From Octopus sinensis (Eukaryota), in NCBI RefSeq assembly GCF_006345805.1, contig NC_043009.1, positions 39,990,001-40,054,000 of the forward strand: DNA of 64,000 bases, read 5' to 3'. The position numbers and the translations under genes were made by a program. Under the pieces are notes generated by a model that was given only the letters and a program-made list of their open reading frames with translations, did no database searches and was not told the DNA's origin. This document shows positions 1 to 12,440 of the stretch, in pieces (within the stretch, counting starts at the first letter, position 1; every line of letters starts with the position of its first letter).

Positions 1-2490
1 GGTGTGGTAAACTTTTAGTCCCTAGTCTAGATTGCGAATCCTCTGTACCCCAGGATGGTTAAGCCCTCCACCCGTTAAAAGCCAACTTTCACAGAATGAG
101 GATAACAACGTAGCTTTCACGCCCGTGCAACCGCCAGTCTATCGCGTGTGGTGGGTGTATCTTCAAGTTGCTACACGCATTCTTAGTAGCTTAGAGTAGG
201 CTCGGATTGGAGATTATTCTTTGTGGCTAATAGCGTGAGTCCTGATTGAAAGAAGAAGCATTAAATCTCCTGCAAGGACATTAGAAATAGACAACAAATA
301 AAGTGAGTACAACGCGAAACTAATACTGCAACTCTTACCGGCCTCAAGAAAAGCTCTTCAACGACTTCTGCCGACCACTACTCGTTATGAGAAATCGGCA
401 AGTCCATTCTTCCAACCCCCCCGGAGTGTCAATGACTCTCGCCACAACAACTTTATTGAGTACTTTACTTCTTCATTGTAAAACCGAACTTGCATTATAC
501 TTTTACAGAGAGAGAGAGAGAGAAACATGTGTGTGTGTGTGCATTGCGTGAGTGTGTTTGTGTTTGCATATTTATGTGTTTTATATGTGGATGTATATAC
601 TCGCATATACATATATGTATATATGTATTTGTACGTACGTATATATATATATATAATTATTTAGATGTTTATTTATTTTAACAGCATTTATGTGTATCAA
701 TGCTGCCGCCTACACACACACGTATATTTGTATATATATATATATCTATTCATATGATTATGTATGTATGTATGTATGTATGTATGCGTATGTGTGTGTA
801 TTATATATATATGCAAGTGTGTATATATATAACTTGTTAGACGATGATATTTGACAAGATGTTACAAACTTGTTTAAGTTTCCGCTTTAAATAATAAATA
901 TCATGATGAGAAATGATAGAAAAAATTTTAAGAGCGGATCTTAAAGAGAAATAAAAGAAACTTTATTTATAATATATAAACGTTTGATGAAATCCAACTG
1001 TGAAGATTACACTCCTTATTTAATAGTAAAAGATGAAACCTTAGGATAAAATGGCAAACATTCAGAAAATGATAGCACTATAGTTCTTTATCAGGTACAA
1101 TATGTGTTAATACTTACTGTCTCCTTTTGTTGTCTTCAAACAGTAAGTTTTTCGCAGAAGCGAATCGTTGTATTGGACAGCTTCCAAAACATGTCAGCGT
1201 TGAAAGTGAGATATATCATGTCGTATATTCGTCTCACATACAAACAACAATTTCTTGTTTGATTAGATTTGACAACAGACTTATGTTGCTTTGTTATCTA
1301 AGAAATATAAGAACCAGAAGAAACTGGGAATTCTGCAGAAATTATGATGCTCTTTATGTTCTTGAGCATTTTAGATTTGGTATGAGTTAATAAGATCTGA
1401 TTAGAAGTATTTCTTCGTGGAAATGACCTCACACCTATGCACACATCAAACATCAAACATGAAGCATTAAATCTCCTGCAAGGACATTAGAAATAGACAA
1501 CAAATAAAGTAACGAAGACAAAATAAGTTAGTATAGCATAAAAGAGTAAAGCGCCTCAAGGCAAGGTTAAAATTTGATAAAATATCTCAGTCAAAGAAGA
1601 ACAATATTCTCCTTCAAAGTATCACATCGAAAGATATTGCCAATATTCTTTATTTAGTTATAGTAAGATGGATAATGAGATTATCAATTATATGGCAGCA
1701 GAGGATTAATCTCACAAGTAAAGTTTCTAATAAAATGTTCAAATAAACTGCCCGTTGGCTTGGTCATTCAGTCGTTGAACGAAGGGCCGAAGTTTCAATT
1801 CGTGTTACGATCATCAGAAACTTTCGTATTGCAGCTTCAGAACGCTTTGTTTTACGTAGACACCGGCTAAAGATATAATAACAAGTGAGACAGAAAGGTT
1901 TAACGTATAAGTAAGGTGTTGCTTTCTAAGATTAGAATACATTATAGAATTTGTTTATGTGTTGAAACCTAATTTGTTGTGTAGTAAATCCCCATTGCTC
2001 GACTATAAAGATTCAATGGTTCGATCAACTGAATTACCTGGGCTGAGTATTCTACAGACATGCGGACACTTAACGTAACGTAATTCTCTGGCAAAAAGAA
2101 CATGTCAAGGCGCGCAGTAAGACAGTACCTTCTGAATTACAGGCACACTCCGGCCGATAGCTTCCCATAAGACTTCCGTCCACTGAATTTTACTTGCAAG
2201 GTTATAGAAAATAAGATTTGCCCAAGATAATACACAGTAGGATCGAATCTAAAAGCTAAAGATTGTGAAGTGAACTTAACCATTCAGTTTTACTGCGTCT
2301 ACATAAATCATATTTACTCTCATGAAACAGTGGAGAGTTGGAAGGATTTTGGAAGTTACAGGTTAACTCGTAGGCCAGACTCTGTGTAGTAGTGTGTTTG
2401 TGCCAATTGTAGCATGTGATGTTCAAAGCAATATTGTCTAAATATGAATAGCTTACCTAGACAATATAGGGACTGAAGCGTTTATAAAAT

Positions 2491-2492
<2 letters not shown>

Positions 2493-2576
<84 letters not shown>

Positions 2577-2606
2577 GTATGTATGTATGTATATATATAT
2601 ATATAT
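2493..2606. repeat. (TATC)n followed by (TATG)/(TA)n microsatellite
   Basis: Direct reading. Confidence 0.95.
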
Positions 2607-2892
2607 CAAAATATGCAACAATGATATCCAGAGGTAATGCAGTACGATCGTTTCATGCAACTCTATTTAATTGAACAGCATGTTCTTTGTCTATCTCTTT
2701 AACTTGGAGATTTTAGGTATAATTATACTAATGTGTCCATCTGTTCTAATTTAATTAAATTCTATGTCTTTGTGCAGCTGAAGATTGCTCTGCATTTTAA
2801 ATTGATGTAATGACTGCATTGTTCAATTAAATGGAGTTGCATGAAATGATCGTACTGCATTACCTCTGGATATCCTTGTTGCTTATTTTGAT
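2605..2892. mobile_element. Fold-back element (~73-bp inverted arms at 2605-2677 and 2820-2892) carrying a hammerhead fold; probably PLE pLTR-derived
   Basis: ATCAAAATATGCAACAATGATATCCAGAGGTAATGCAGTACGATCGTTTCATGCAAC recurs as its reverse complement at 2820-2892. The left end abuts (AT)n. Confidence 0.75.
2773..2859 (+). ncRNA. Type I hammerhead ribozyme motif with long stem II
   Basis: Stem I TGCAG/CTGCA, core CTGAAGA (2778-2784), GAAA (2843-2846), stem III A-TGATCG-T (perfect ACGATCGT in the inverted copy), GUA cleavage triplet. The base of stem II has a U-U mismatch. Confidence 0.7.
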
Positions 2893-3030
2893 TTTAATCA
2901 CCTCACTTTGAATTTATATGGATAATACCGTACTAAATTCTGGTGTTTCAACTTAAGTACCATATTCATCAACTTAAGTACCATATTCAAACCTAAATTT
3001 TTGTTGAACTCATCTACCGATATATATATA

Positions 3031-3072
<42 letters not shown>

Positions 3073-3574
3073 GAATGCGGCGCTAACACACGACTTACGC
3101 TATTTCACAATATACGGATCGCTTGATCCATGCAACAGACTTAACTCATAATTACTAAGTACAACCTTGAGGTTATAATGAAGCTAAAGTTCATATGCTA
3201 CATTAATCCACTTTTACACATTAAACAGTTGTAGCATTTTAAACTTTTGGACCTACACAAATTTGTAAGACGAAGGAAAATAAAAAGCAATGAGTTAGCT
3301 AATAACCATTACGTCACTATTTCTTAATACTTTGGTAAATGATTGTTTGAAGCAGCTGCCAACGCTTAATCTCATCCTCATAATTCCCATAAATCATTAA
3401 GACCTTCTCTAACACTAGGAGGTCCAACTGTTGTGAAAGGAAAGTCTAGGTAGGTGATTTATTCCAATATAAGTGACATTATCAATACAGCAATGTGACC
3501 GTATCAGAAAAAAAATTAATTATTCCATCGCAACCGTTTTCCCAACATCATCAACTTCGTCTTCTATTTTTAAT

Positions 3575-3791
3575 CTTTTACATGTGTGAGCCATTGGTCT
3601 GCGGTCATGATGGAGCACTGGCGGGAAGGGTTTTAGTCGAAAGAATCCTCACCAGTATATATATTTTAGGCCTGGTATTCAATTTATCGGCTTCTTTCGT
3701 CGAACCGTTATGTTAGGTGACGTAAACATAACGGTTCTCAAGAGGTGGTGGAGGAAAATACGAACACTCAGAAACAAGCATAAATATATAT

Positions 3792-3837
<46 letters not shown>

Positions 3838-3990
3838 CGCAGCCCCCACACATATACAACGGACTTCTTTCAGTTTCCGTCAACCAAATCGACTAACTAG
3901 TCTTTCGTAGGCCCGGCGCTATAGCAGAAGACACCTGTCGAAGTTGCCACGCTGCGGGCCGAGCAAAATTCTTACCGCAGCACGCCTACG
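3575..3990 (-). mobile_element. SINE family II (internal-microsatellite type), degenerate
   Basis: Reverse-complement match to the body and tail of 34913-35317, with an internal (CA)n. Confidence 0.65.
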
Positions 3991-4636
3991 TGATTTGCTA
4001 AAACATATTCCAAGGGTCAGAAAATATTTAGGAAAACATAACCATATTAAATCGATTTATAATGAATTCATAGATAGAAGCAGATAACATGCTAACTATA
4101 AAGCAATTAAACTATTATTTAATATTTAAATATTTGTACGGAAATCAAAAATCTGTAAGTTATACAATTAATAATTTGCATCTGTTTGAATTCTTATTAC
4201 TCTCACTTTACCATGAAAAGTTCAAATTAATTGACGCACGAGAATAATTAATAAAATCAGTGGAAAGCTGATTAAAAATTAATATTAAAATCAAGCGCAA
4301 AAGGCACCTTAGTCGAGATTAAAATCCAGATCTGTTGATTTGTTTTTCACAATACAATATTCCTGTATAATTGTTAAATGCATGTATTTTTTATCGGTCC
4401 AGTCCATTACTGCATTACTGGCAGCTATGTTTATCAGCTTTAATGAAAACTGAAATAGTTCCATGACTTATGTTTACAATAGTTCTAGTCTAGGAACAGT
4501 TATAAATTAGGTCCTGGGTTGGACTCTGTGTAGCTGTGTGTTTGCGCCGATTGTAACATGTGATGTTCAAAACGATATTGTCTAAACACGAATAACTAAC
4601 CTTGACATTATAGGAATGAAGCGTTTATAACCTCTG

Positions 4637-4700
<64 letters not shown>

Positions 4701-4760
4701 CCTACCTACCTACCTACCTACCTATCTATCTATCTATCTATCTATCTATCTGTCTATCTT

Positions 4761-4821
<61 letters not shown>

Positions 4822-4869
4822 ATATATATATATATATTATATATATATATATTATATAATATATATATA

Positions 4870-5580
4870 TAGATATAAACAACCCAACTTGACTTTATTC
4901 CATTTTAACCTCACATCTCAATCCCTCACTATTTTATATCCTAGCTAATCAGATATTTCTCAATCTCTACATCACAATATGATTACTACTAATATTTAAT
5001 TCCTTTCCTTTTCTAATACAATTCCCCTACTATTTTTGATAGCACCAATGATCAAATATCAATGACCTATGTTGACCATGTGTATAAATGGTCCATATAA
5101 AAATTCAACACAACAGCTGGGGAATATCTAACCTATAAACAATGCTAATATGGTAGTGTTTTGACCTGACTACAAACACTAATATTTTATGACTGGCTGA
5201 ATATTTTATGACTGACTACAAACATATTTTACGACTGACTACAAACACTAATATTTTATGACTAGCTCCTTCCTACATTTTGACCATCCAATAACCGTAC
5301 TATTTTTAAATGACCCCTTCCTCTGTCCTTTCCTTAATTCTCTTAACCCCTTTCTAACCTGCCTTTCTCTTTTCTCTATTCTATTTGTATCTTTCCATCG
5401 TGTTTTCTGTTCCCCACGCACTCACCATTCGTTCACTGTTATACTTTGTTATAACCAGAAATGGCTCTGACGATGTAGCATTAATTCTTTCGGTCATTCA
5501 ATTTTTCGCCAATGATTAACAGACCAATTGAGTAACATTATCAGTAATGTACCCATGATGACTACCAGAAACAGTTGTAA
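4870..5580 (+). mobile_element. Possible decayed PLE 3' region with degenerate hammerhead
   Basis: Weak KWSI..Y..C translation near 5090-5150, pyrimidine-rich UTR, CTGACGA at ~5466 and GAAACAGTTGTA at ~5557. Stem I pairing is poor. Confidence 0.3.
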
Positions 5581-5930
5581 TTCAAATTTGCTCCACTAAA
5601 GGGGAAAATATGCAATGACCATTATTTTTAACTTTGCTTTATATATCACTCTGTTTAAAAACTAGTTTGTCTGGAGCCCTTCCACGGGTTTACAATATGG
5701 AATTGTGATGAACCATAACCTTGGACATTCCCATAAGAATTCTTGGAGTTCTTCACTAATCTAAATAATAATGTTAGTCTGGTGCGCCAACAGAGAGCTT
5801 TGAAGTAATTTTCCCGAATTGATAACCCCTCACTATTAGCTTGCACTCTCTCTCTCTCTCTCTCTACTCCCCCTCTCTCTTTCTCTCTATCTATCTTTCT
5901 GTCTCTCATTCTTTCTCTCCCTCCATTTCC

Positions 5931-5961
<31 letters not shown>

Positions 5962-7118
5962 TGCATATATTCTACATATATTCTATATGTATCATAGATT
6001 TAGTCTCTAAAATTGTTTAAATCTACCCGCGTTTCCATAGGAACAGCATTACGTTTCGTATAATGGAATTAATAGTAACGTTTACAGTTTGAACTGATAC
6101 AGGATCCCATAACCTGAGGTTCCACAAGCAGAGGATGCCTATATTTATCACCAGTGAACGACACCTGTTAGAAACAGATGACGTATATGCCATTGAAAAT
6201 GGCAGTCAAAGATCCTGTCTACATAAGATGACATTTGACTGCCATATCTAGCAGGCCGGGCAGTCACGTTGAGGATCCGCCTTTAGTTCATAATTATATT
6301 AATTTAAGAGTAGCTTTCTCTCTTTACATCATATCCACCGATCCCTTAAATATCGTCTGCAATCCACCTCTCTTATCTGTGTGTCGGTTGAATCGCCAAA
6401 AGAATTGTTATATGAGTTTATCACAATTTAAAAACGGTATTATCGTTTCTGGCATCTGTTAATGCAAAAAAAAAAAATATATATATATATAGACCAAAAC
6501 AGAAAAACAAACAAACAAAAACTAGTGAGAATATTGATTGCTATTTATATGCTATTAATTATTCCAGAATATTCTATCAAGTCAATATGACTAGTTATGA
6601 TCATTAGGTTAATTTTGTATTGTGTGTTGTTAACATACGGATTTATTATGCATGCATGACAACTCCTCACTCTCCCCATCTCTCGATCCATGAATTTAAA
6701 CTAGATTATTTACAACTCAATTTAAGCATAATTTCAACGCTCTTAATTATTATTCGTTTCCCAAGTTAGAGATAAACAATCATAACTAATCGATTGCTAC
6801 TGTTTCAACCTGAATTGCTAAAAATATTGGTAATTCTATTAAATGCTTTATCAATGTATTTTTTAAATATTATATTATAATATAACATTATACTGATTCA
6901 GCGTTAATTTTGTTGTGTAAATTTTCTGTGGTATTTCAGAAGAACAAATATTTGTACAGAGATTCAGAAATATAGTTTGATAGATAAATTCCTGCATTAT
7001 ATTTATCTATAATGAGTTAAGATAAATAGTTTCATTTATTCAATGACAAAAAAAAATGTTGTTAATACATAAGTGCTTCTGTGTGCTTCTGTGTGCATAT
7101 GTGTGCACTGGCGCCCAA

Positions 7119-7212
<94 letters not shown>

Positions 7213-7519
7213 TAAAATTTTTGCCTGCTGATGTTCTTCACTTATTTATCTAGTTTAAAACGTTTCCTTTATTTGTAATTGCTATAATCTTTTGTTCAAC
7301 CATACAATTTTCTCTACTGTTTTCCCCTTTTATCCTACTTCCACACCTCGCTCTCACAATCTCCTCTTTACTACGCTCACTGTCCACTCCACGCACCCCA
7401 ACTAGCAACCAGCACCTGACACCGCTCTTACTTCCTATGGCCATCTTTTACACAAATATTCTCCCTCTCTACCTCTCTTCTTAACTGCTCCCCGTATAAC
7501 TGTATTAACAACTGGCCCT

Positions 7520-7573
7520 GTCTTTTTTCCTCCTTTATCTGATGAAGGACGGTATGTCCGAAATGTCAAAGAC
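7520..7573 (+). ncRNA. Minimal type I hammerhead ribozyme motif in a PLE-like 3' region
   Basis: CTGATGA-A-GGAC-ggtat-GTCC-GAAA-TG-TC-AAAGAC, where GAAATGTC is one transition from the usual GAAACGTC. The preceding DNA is pyrimidine-rich and UTR-like. Confidence 0.7.
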
Positions 7574-8020
7574 CCACTTTCATTTTCATTTTTCTTTTCA
7601 AACGTGAAACTTATAACTCTAATGAAAAACAAAGTAAAATAACGACAAATGACCGATACGAGCACGAGAAGGGATGAGAAAAGAGGTAAGAAGTATAGAA
7701 TGAGTGGAAGAAAGATAACAGAGAATGTAATAATGGATTTACAGTATAGAATGCAAATGAACTTCGGATCGTGCCATAAGCTTTCGCTGAGTATTTTACT
7801 AACCTCCAACATTTTATTTGTGTCGTGAATTTGTATTTACATAAATCTATTGAAATATTTTGCCCAGATTAATAATCCTTCCAACATACACGTAGATATT
7901 TAAATATGCATACATACATATTTTCAAACATGCATATTGACGTACACACACACACATACATATATATACACATACATACATATATTGTATATAGATAGAT
8001 ACATATGTTGTGTGTGTATA

Positions 8021-8049
<29 letters not shown>

Positions 8050-8076
<27 letters not shown>

Positions 8077-8564
8077 CACACGCAGACACACACACACACA
8101 CACAACACACACCACACATTATATATATATATATATATTGAAAAATAGAATAAATTCTTTATAAGAATTTATCAAGTAGTTAGCGTGAAAAAACCTCATA
8201 AGGGGAAAAATCCATCAATTTTCCCTCTTAAATATGTTCATTTATATTAAGGGCATTGCTATACATAAATGCCTCACGCTAGAAGAGACACTTAAAGTCA
8301 AAACTACCCAAATAAATAAACACATTGTACCGAATACGAGGGAATGCAACTCTCGAAGCGAGCATTTTGTTACATATATATGTGAGTGTGTGTGTATGTT
8401 TGTGTGTGTGTGTTATTGGTCGGTGGCCATCCTGGGGTACCGTCTTGAAGGGTTTAGTTAAAGTCGTCGACCCTAGTACTTCAGTTACTTTAAGTCTGGT
8501 ACGTACATACCTGCTTGTGCTTGCGTGCGTGTGCATATATATTTTCACTTTTTCTCTCCCTCTC

Positions 8565-8616
<52 letters not shown>

Positions 8617-8635
8617 TATATACACACACCACGCA

Positions 8636-8690
<55 letters not shown>

Positions 8691-9129
8691 TGAAAAATAG
8701 AATAAATCTTTATAAAGATTTATCAAGTAGTTAGCGTGAAAAAACCTCATAAGGAAAAATCCATCAATTTTCCCTCTTAAATATGTTCATTTATATTAAG
8801 GGCATTGCTATACATAAATGCCTCACGCTAGAAGAGACACTTAAAGTCAAAACTACCCAAATAAATACACATTTGTACCGAATACGAGGGAATGCAACTC
8901 TCGAAGCGAGCATTTTGTTACATTATATGTGAGTGTGTTGTGTATGTTTTTGTGTGTGTGTGTTATTGGTCGGTGGCCATCCTGGGGTACCGTCTTGAAG
9001 GGTTTAGTTAAAGTCGTCGACCCTAGTACTTCAGTTACTTTAAGTCTGGTACGTACATACCTGCTTGTGCTTGCGTGCGTGTGCATATATATTTTCACTT
9101 TTTCTCTCCCTCTCTCTGTATATATATAT

Positions 9130-9150
<21 letters not shown>
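8050..9150. repeat. Tandem duplication, period ~550 bp (pLTR-like segment plus SINE tail fragment plus microsatellite)
   Basis: GAAAAATAGAATAAA...CTCTCTGTA occurs at ~8140-8570 and again at ~8692-9120, differing mainly by 1-bp indels. Confidence 0.9.
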
Positions 9151-9160
<10 letters not shown>

Positions 9161-9161
<1 letters not shown>

Positions 9162-9450
9162 AAAACATTATTGGTGAATTGAAGAAATGGAGCTGAACGC
9201 AGATGAACAGAAATCGTTTTATTTCATTCTACACGTGTAGATGAAATAAAACGATTTCTGTTCAATCTGCGTTCAGCTCCATTTCTTCAATTCACCAATA
9301 ATGTTTTAATTTCAATTATCCGCACCAACGCACGGTTGCAACGCCAGATGGTTGTACCTCCAACCGTGCTGTTCACTGCTGTGATTTTTGCTACTAAGGT
9401 ATCGGTTAAACTTTTGATTAATCTACTACAAGATTATTCATCTTTCTATT

Positions 9451-9453
<3 letters not shown>
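9161..9453 (+). mobile_element. PLE-type pLTR fragment with 5' fold-back centred on ACACGTGT (9231-9238)
   Basis: Near-perfect palindrome at 9161-9308. The sense part is the reverse complement of 12441-12664. Flanked by (AT)n on both sides. Confidence 0.85.
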
Positions 9454-9501
<48 letters not shown>

Positions 9502-9516
9502 TATATTTATATATAT

Positions 9517-9712
9517 GTAGGGAGAGTTCACGAAAAAAACAAAACACGAAGACAGGTGCTGTAGAAAACAAACAGATGTATTAGTATAACACTCAGGAAT
9601 TGAAAAAGTCTTTTACGTTTCGATCCTACGCTCTTCTACAGAAAGGGACACAGTAAAAAACAAGGAGAGACACAAGGAGAGAAAAAATGTGTGTAGTGGC
9701 TACTGATCTATC
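9517..9712 (-). mobile_element. Short PLE-like element, CUGUNGA-hammerhead family (copy 1; motif at 9608-9649)
   Basis: Minus strand reads CTTT-CTGTAGA-AGAGCGTAGGATC-GAAA-CG-TAAAAGAC. Homologous to 13534, 46905 and 54085. Confidence 0.75.
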
Positions 9713-10404
9713 ATATATGTATATATGTATATATGATTATATGTATATATAGTTGTACAGTTGCGTGTAAATGTGTGCGTGTGTGCGCGCGCGCGCGCGC
9801 GTGTGTGTGTATGCAAACATCTTTTTAACTATTTGCGGCAGATTGGCCGACTTTCTTGTGCGAAACTGTATTGAACCGTCACTATTACGACACATTTCAC
9901 AAAGGCTGGCAAGAGAAATAGATATTTATTTTTAACGTTCAGTTAAACCATAAAAAATTTAGAAAACTTATGAAAGAAGCCGGAAAACTGCAAAATCCAT
10001 TATCTCTTCCTGAATTGTATATAACATTAGAAAATAATTCACTGGTTTGATATTGAAAATAGAAAAAAAAATACATATAGAATCAATTGAAGTTCAAAGG
10101 TGAGTGTGTTAGAATTAACACAGAAAATAAAATGCTTCATATATAAAACATTTCAGCGAGTAAAGGATTTACGAAAGAATTAAATGGATATGAGATATGC
10201 AAAAAGGAAAAAAAAATTATTTGACAATTATTCTATTCTTGAGATATATTTAATATCACCGCTGGAATCGGATCCATACATGTTGTATGAAAAGAATAGC
10301 ATATATATAATATATATATATTTGTATATATATATGTATATATATATGTATATATAATATATGTATATATATATGTATATATATATATATATGTATGTAT
10401 ATAT

Positions 10405-10460
<56 letters not shown>

Positions 10461-10930
10461 TTATACATATAATGAGAAAGTTTTGAAAATTCGCTGTATA
10501 CTTATATACATGCATACATACACCACAAACATCTATGCATGCATGAAACAATTTTTTTTAATATATGAGGTAAATACTGCTATTATATCTATGTATATGA
10601 AAATAGAAATACAAAATTATATTTTCACATAACAAATATTTTCATATACCAGTTTTCATATATTACAGAAAAGTTTTCATAAAGTGAAATTTTTCGTATA
10701 CAAAAGTTTTCGTATAAAAGTTGAAAGGAATAAAATTTTACTGAATATTGTAACTAAAACAGGTTTTGCAGAAGAACGAAAATGATATTTTACTAATCGT
10801 TTTCTCTATTGATCAGCTTATGTAAGAAGTTTGAAGTGTGCTGTTTAATGCATTTGAAGACCATGTAGTAGAATACCAACGCGGGCTTTATTCTTTATAT
10901 ATTTTAGATATGCTTCTAAATATATATATA

Positions 10931-10962
<32 letters not shown>

Positions 10963-11041
10963 GCGTCTATCTCTCTTTCTCTGTCACTCCTCTCTCTCTC
11001 TCTGTCCTCTCTCTTCTCTCATCTCTCTTCTCTCTATATAT

Positions 11042-11091
<50 letters not shown>

Positions 11092-11101
11092 GTATATATA
11101 T

Positions 11102-12010
11102 ACGGCCCTACAAATAGGGCATATGTTAGGGTGCGTAGTGAAGTAAGCGAGTAGTTTGATGTGAAGATGGGTTTAAACCAGGTTTCCATGATGTCTCCTT
11201 GGCTGTTTAATTCATTTATGGATGGTGTGATAAAAGGTAAATGCTAGAAACTTTGGTAGGGGAGCCCAAATGGTGGGACAAAATGGAGAGAAATGCCAAG
11301 TTGTTGATGATACGCACTGGTGGCAAATTCGGATGAGCAACTGAGGAGACTGTTGATAGAGTTTGGAAGAGTGTGTGAGAGGAGGAAACTGAAACTGAAT
11401 GTAGCTAAGAGTAAGGTAATGAGATGTTCGACAAATGTAATTGCTGGTAGGATAGATGTGAGTATAAATCGTGAGATGTTAGTGGAGGTGAATGTTTTTA
11501 AGTATCTGGGATTACATGTGACGGCGGATGGGGGCTGGCTGAAGAAGTGGGAGGAGAGTGAGGGGGTGAGTAAGATACTTGGAGTTGTGAAAGGTAAGCT
11601 GGGAGATAAAAAGTTGAGTATGAAAGACGTGTGTATGAGGGCGTGATTGTGCCTAGAATGTTATATAATACAGAGACGTGGGGCTGAGAGAGGCGGAAAG
11701 GATGCGACTAGATGTGATTGAGATGAAATGCTAGAGACATATGGTTGTTGTGACCCGGATGGACAGGGTGAGGATGAGGAGGTGCAAAGGTGAGTAGGAC
11801 TTAGAGAAAAACTAAAAATCAAAATGGATAGACAAATACTGAGGTGGTTTGGCCACATGGAGAAGACGGATGAGGAGCGGATGGTAAGGAGGGTGATGAA
11901 GGTAGAAGTAGTAGGCCCTCAGGTTGTGTTGATGGATGGAGTGAGGAAAGGTTTGGTTAGAGGTGTTGGAGTGAGAGAAGCAAGAGAGTTAGAAATGATA
12001 GGAAAGCTTG
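11102..12010 (+). mobile_element. Decayed RTE-clade LINE, 3' part of the reverse transcriptase
   Basis: Fragments LLIEFGRVCERRKLKLNVAKSKVM, FKYLG and LRWFGHMEK are typical of RTE RT thumb regions. Multiple stops and frameshifts. Confidence 0.85.
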
Positions 12011-12209
12011 TTACGGAACCAGCATGTTGCGGCGGGGGTAAATCAGCATATACTGTCGGGCCCAGTTGCTGATATTGGAGGTTGCATTCCATGCCTTGGC
12101 CTGAGCATAAAACAGGGCTTGCCTCTTTGAGCTGGGGAATGAATGGAATGCCTGGTGTGTGTTTTATTGTGCTGCACAGTCCTAAAAAAATGGAGAATAG
12201 TCCCGGTAT

Positions 12210-12254
<45 letters not shown>

Positions 12255-12256
12255 AA

Positions 12257-12289
<33 letters not shown>

Positions 12290-12370
12290 TATATATATAA
12301 TATATTATAATATATATATATCTATATATAATATATATACATACATACATATATATGTATATATATATAT

Positions 12371-12402
<32 letters not shown>

Positions 12403-12440
12403 CATACATATATATATATACTTATATATATATATATTAT

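Noticed and set aside
1-480. GC-richer segment, possibly a retroelement UTR or Fanzor/TnpB end
   Set aside because: No recognisable protein motif, TIR or ribozyme core in either orientation
1127-1390. 87-aa ORF with possible splice sites (TTTTCGCAG / TTTG|GTATGA)
   Set aside because: No recognisable homology and no partner exons, so I cannot support a gene
1790-1820. CTGATGA on the minus strand followed by a small hairpin
   Set aside because: GAAA does not follow the stem and there is no stem I or III
8275-8310. CTAGAAGA-GAC-ACTTAAA-GTC-AAAA hammerhead-like motif (also at ~8826)
   Set aside because: Two core defects and no stem I pairing; at best a decayed relic
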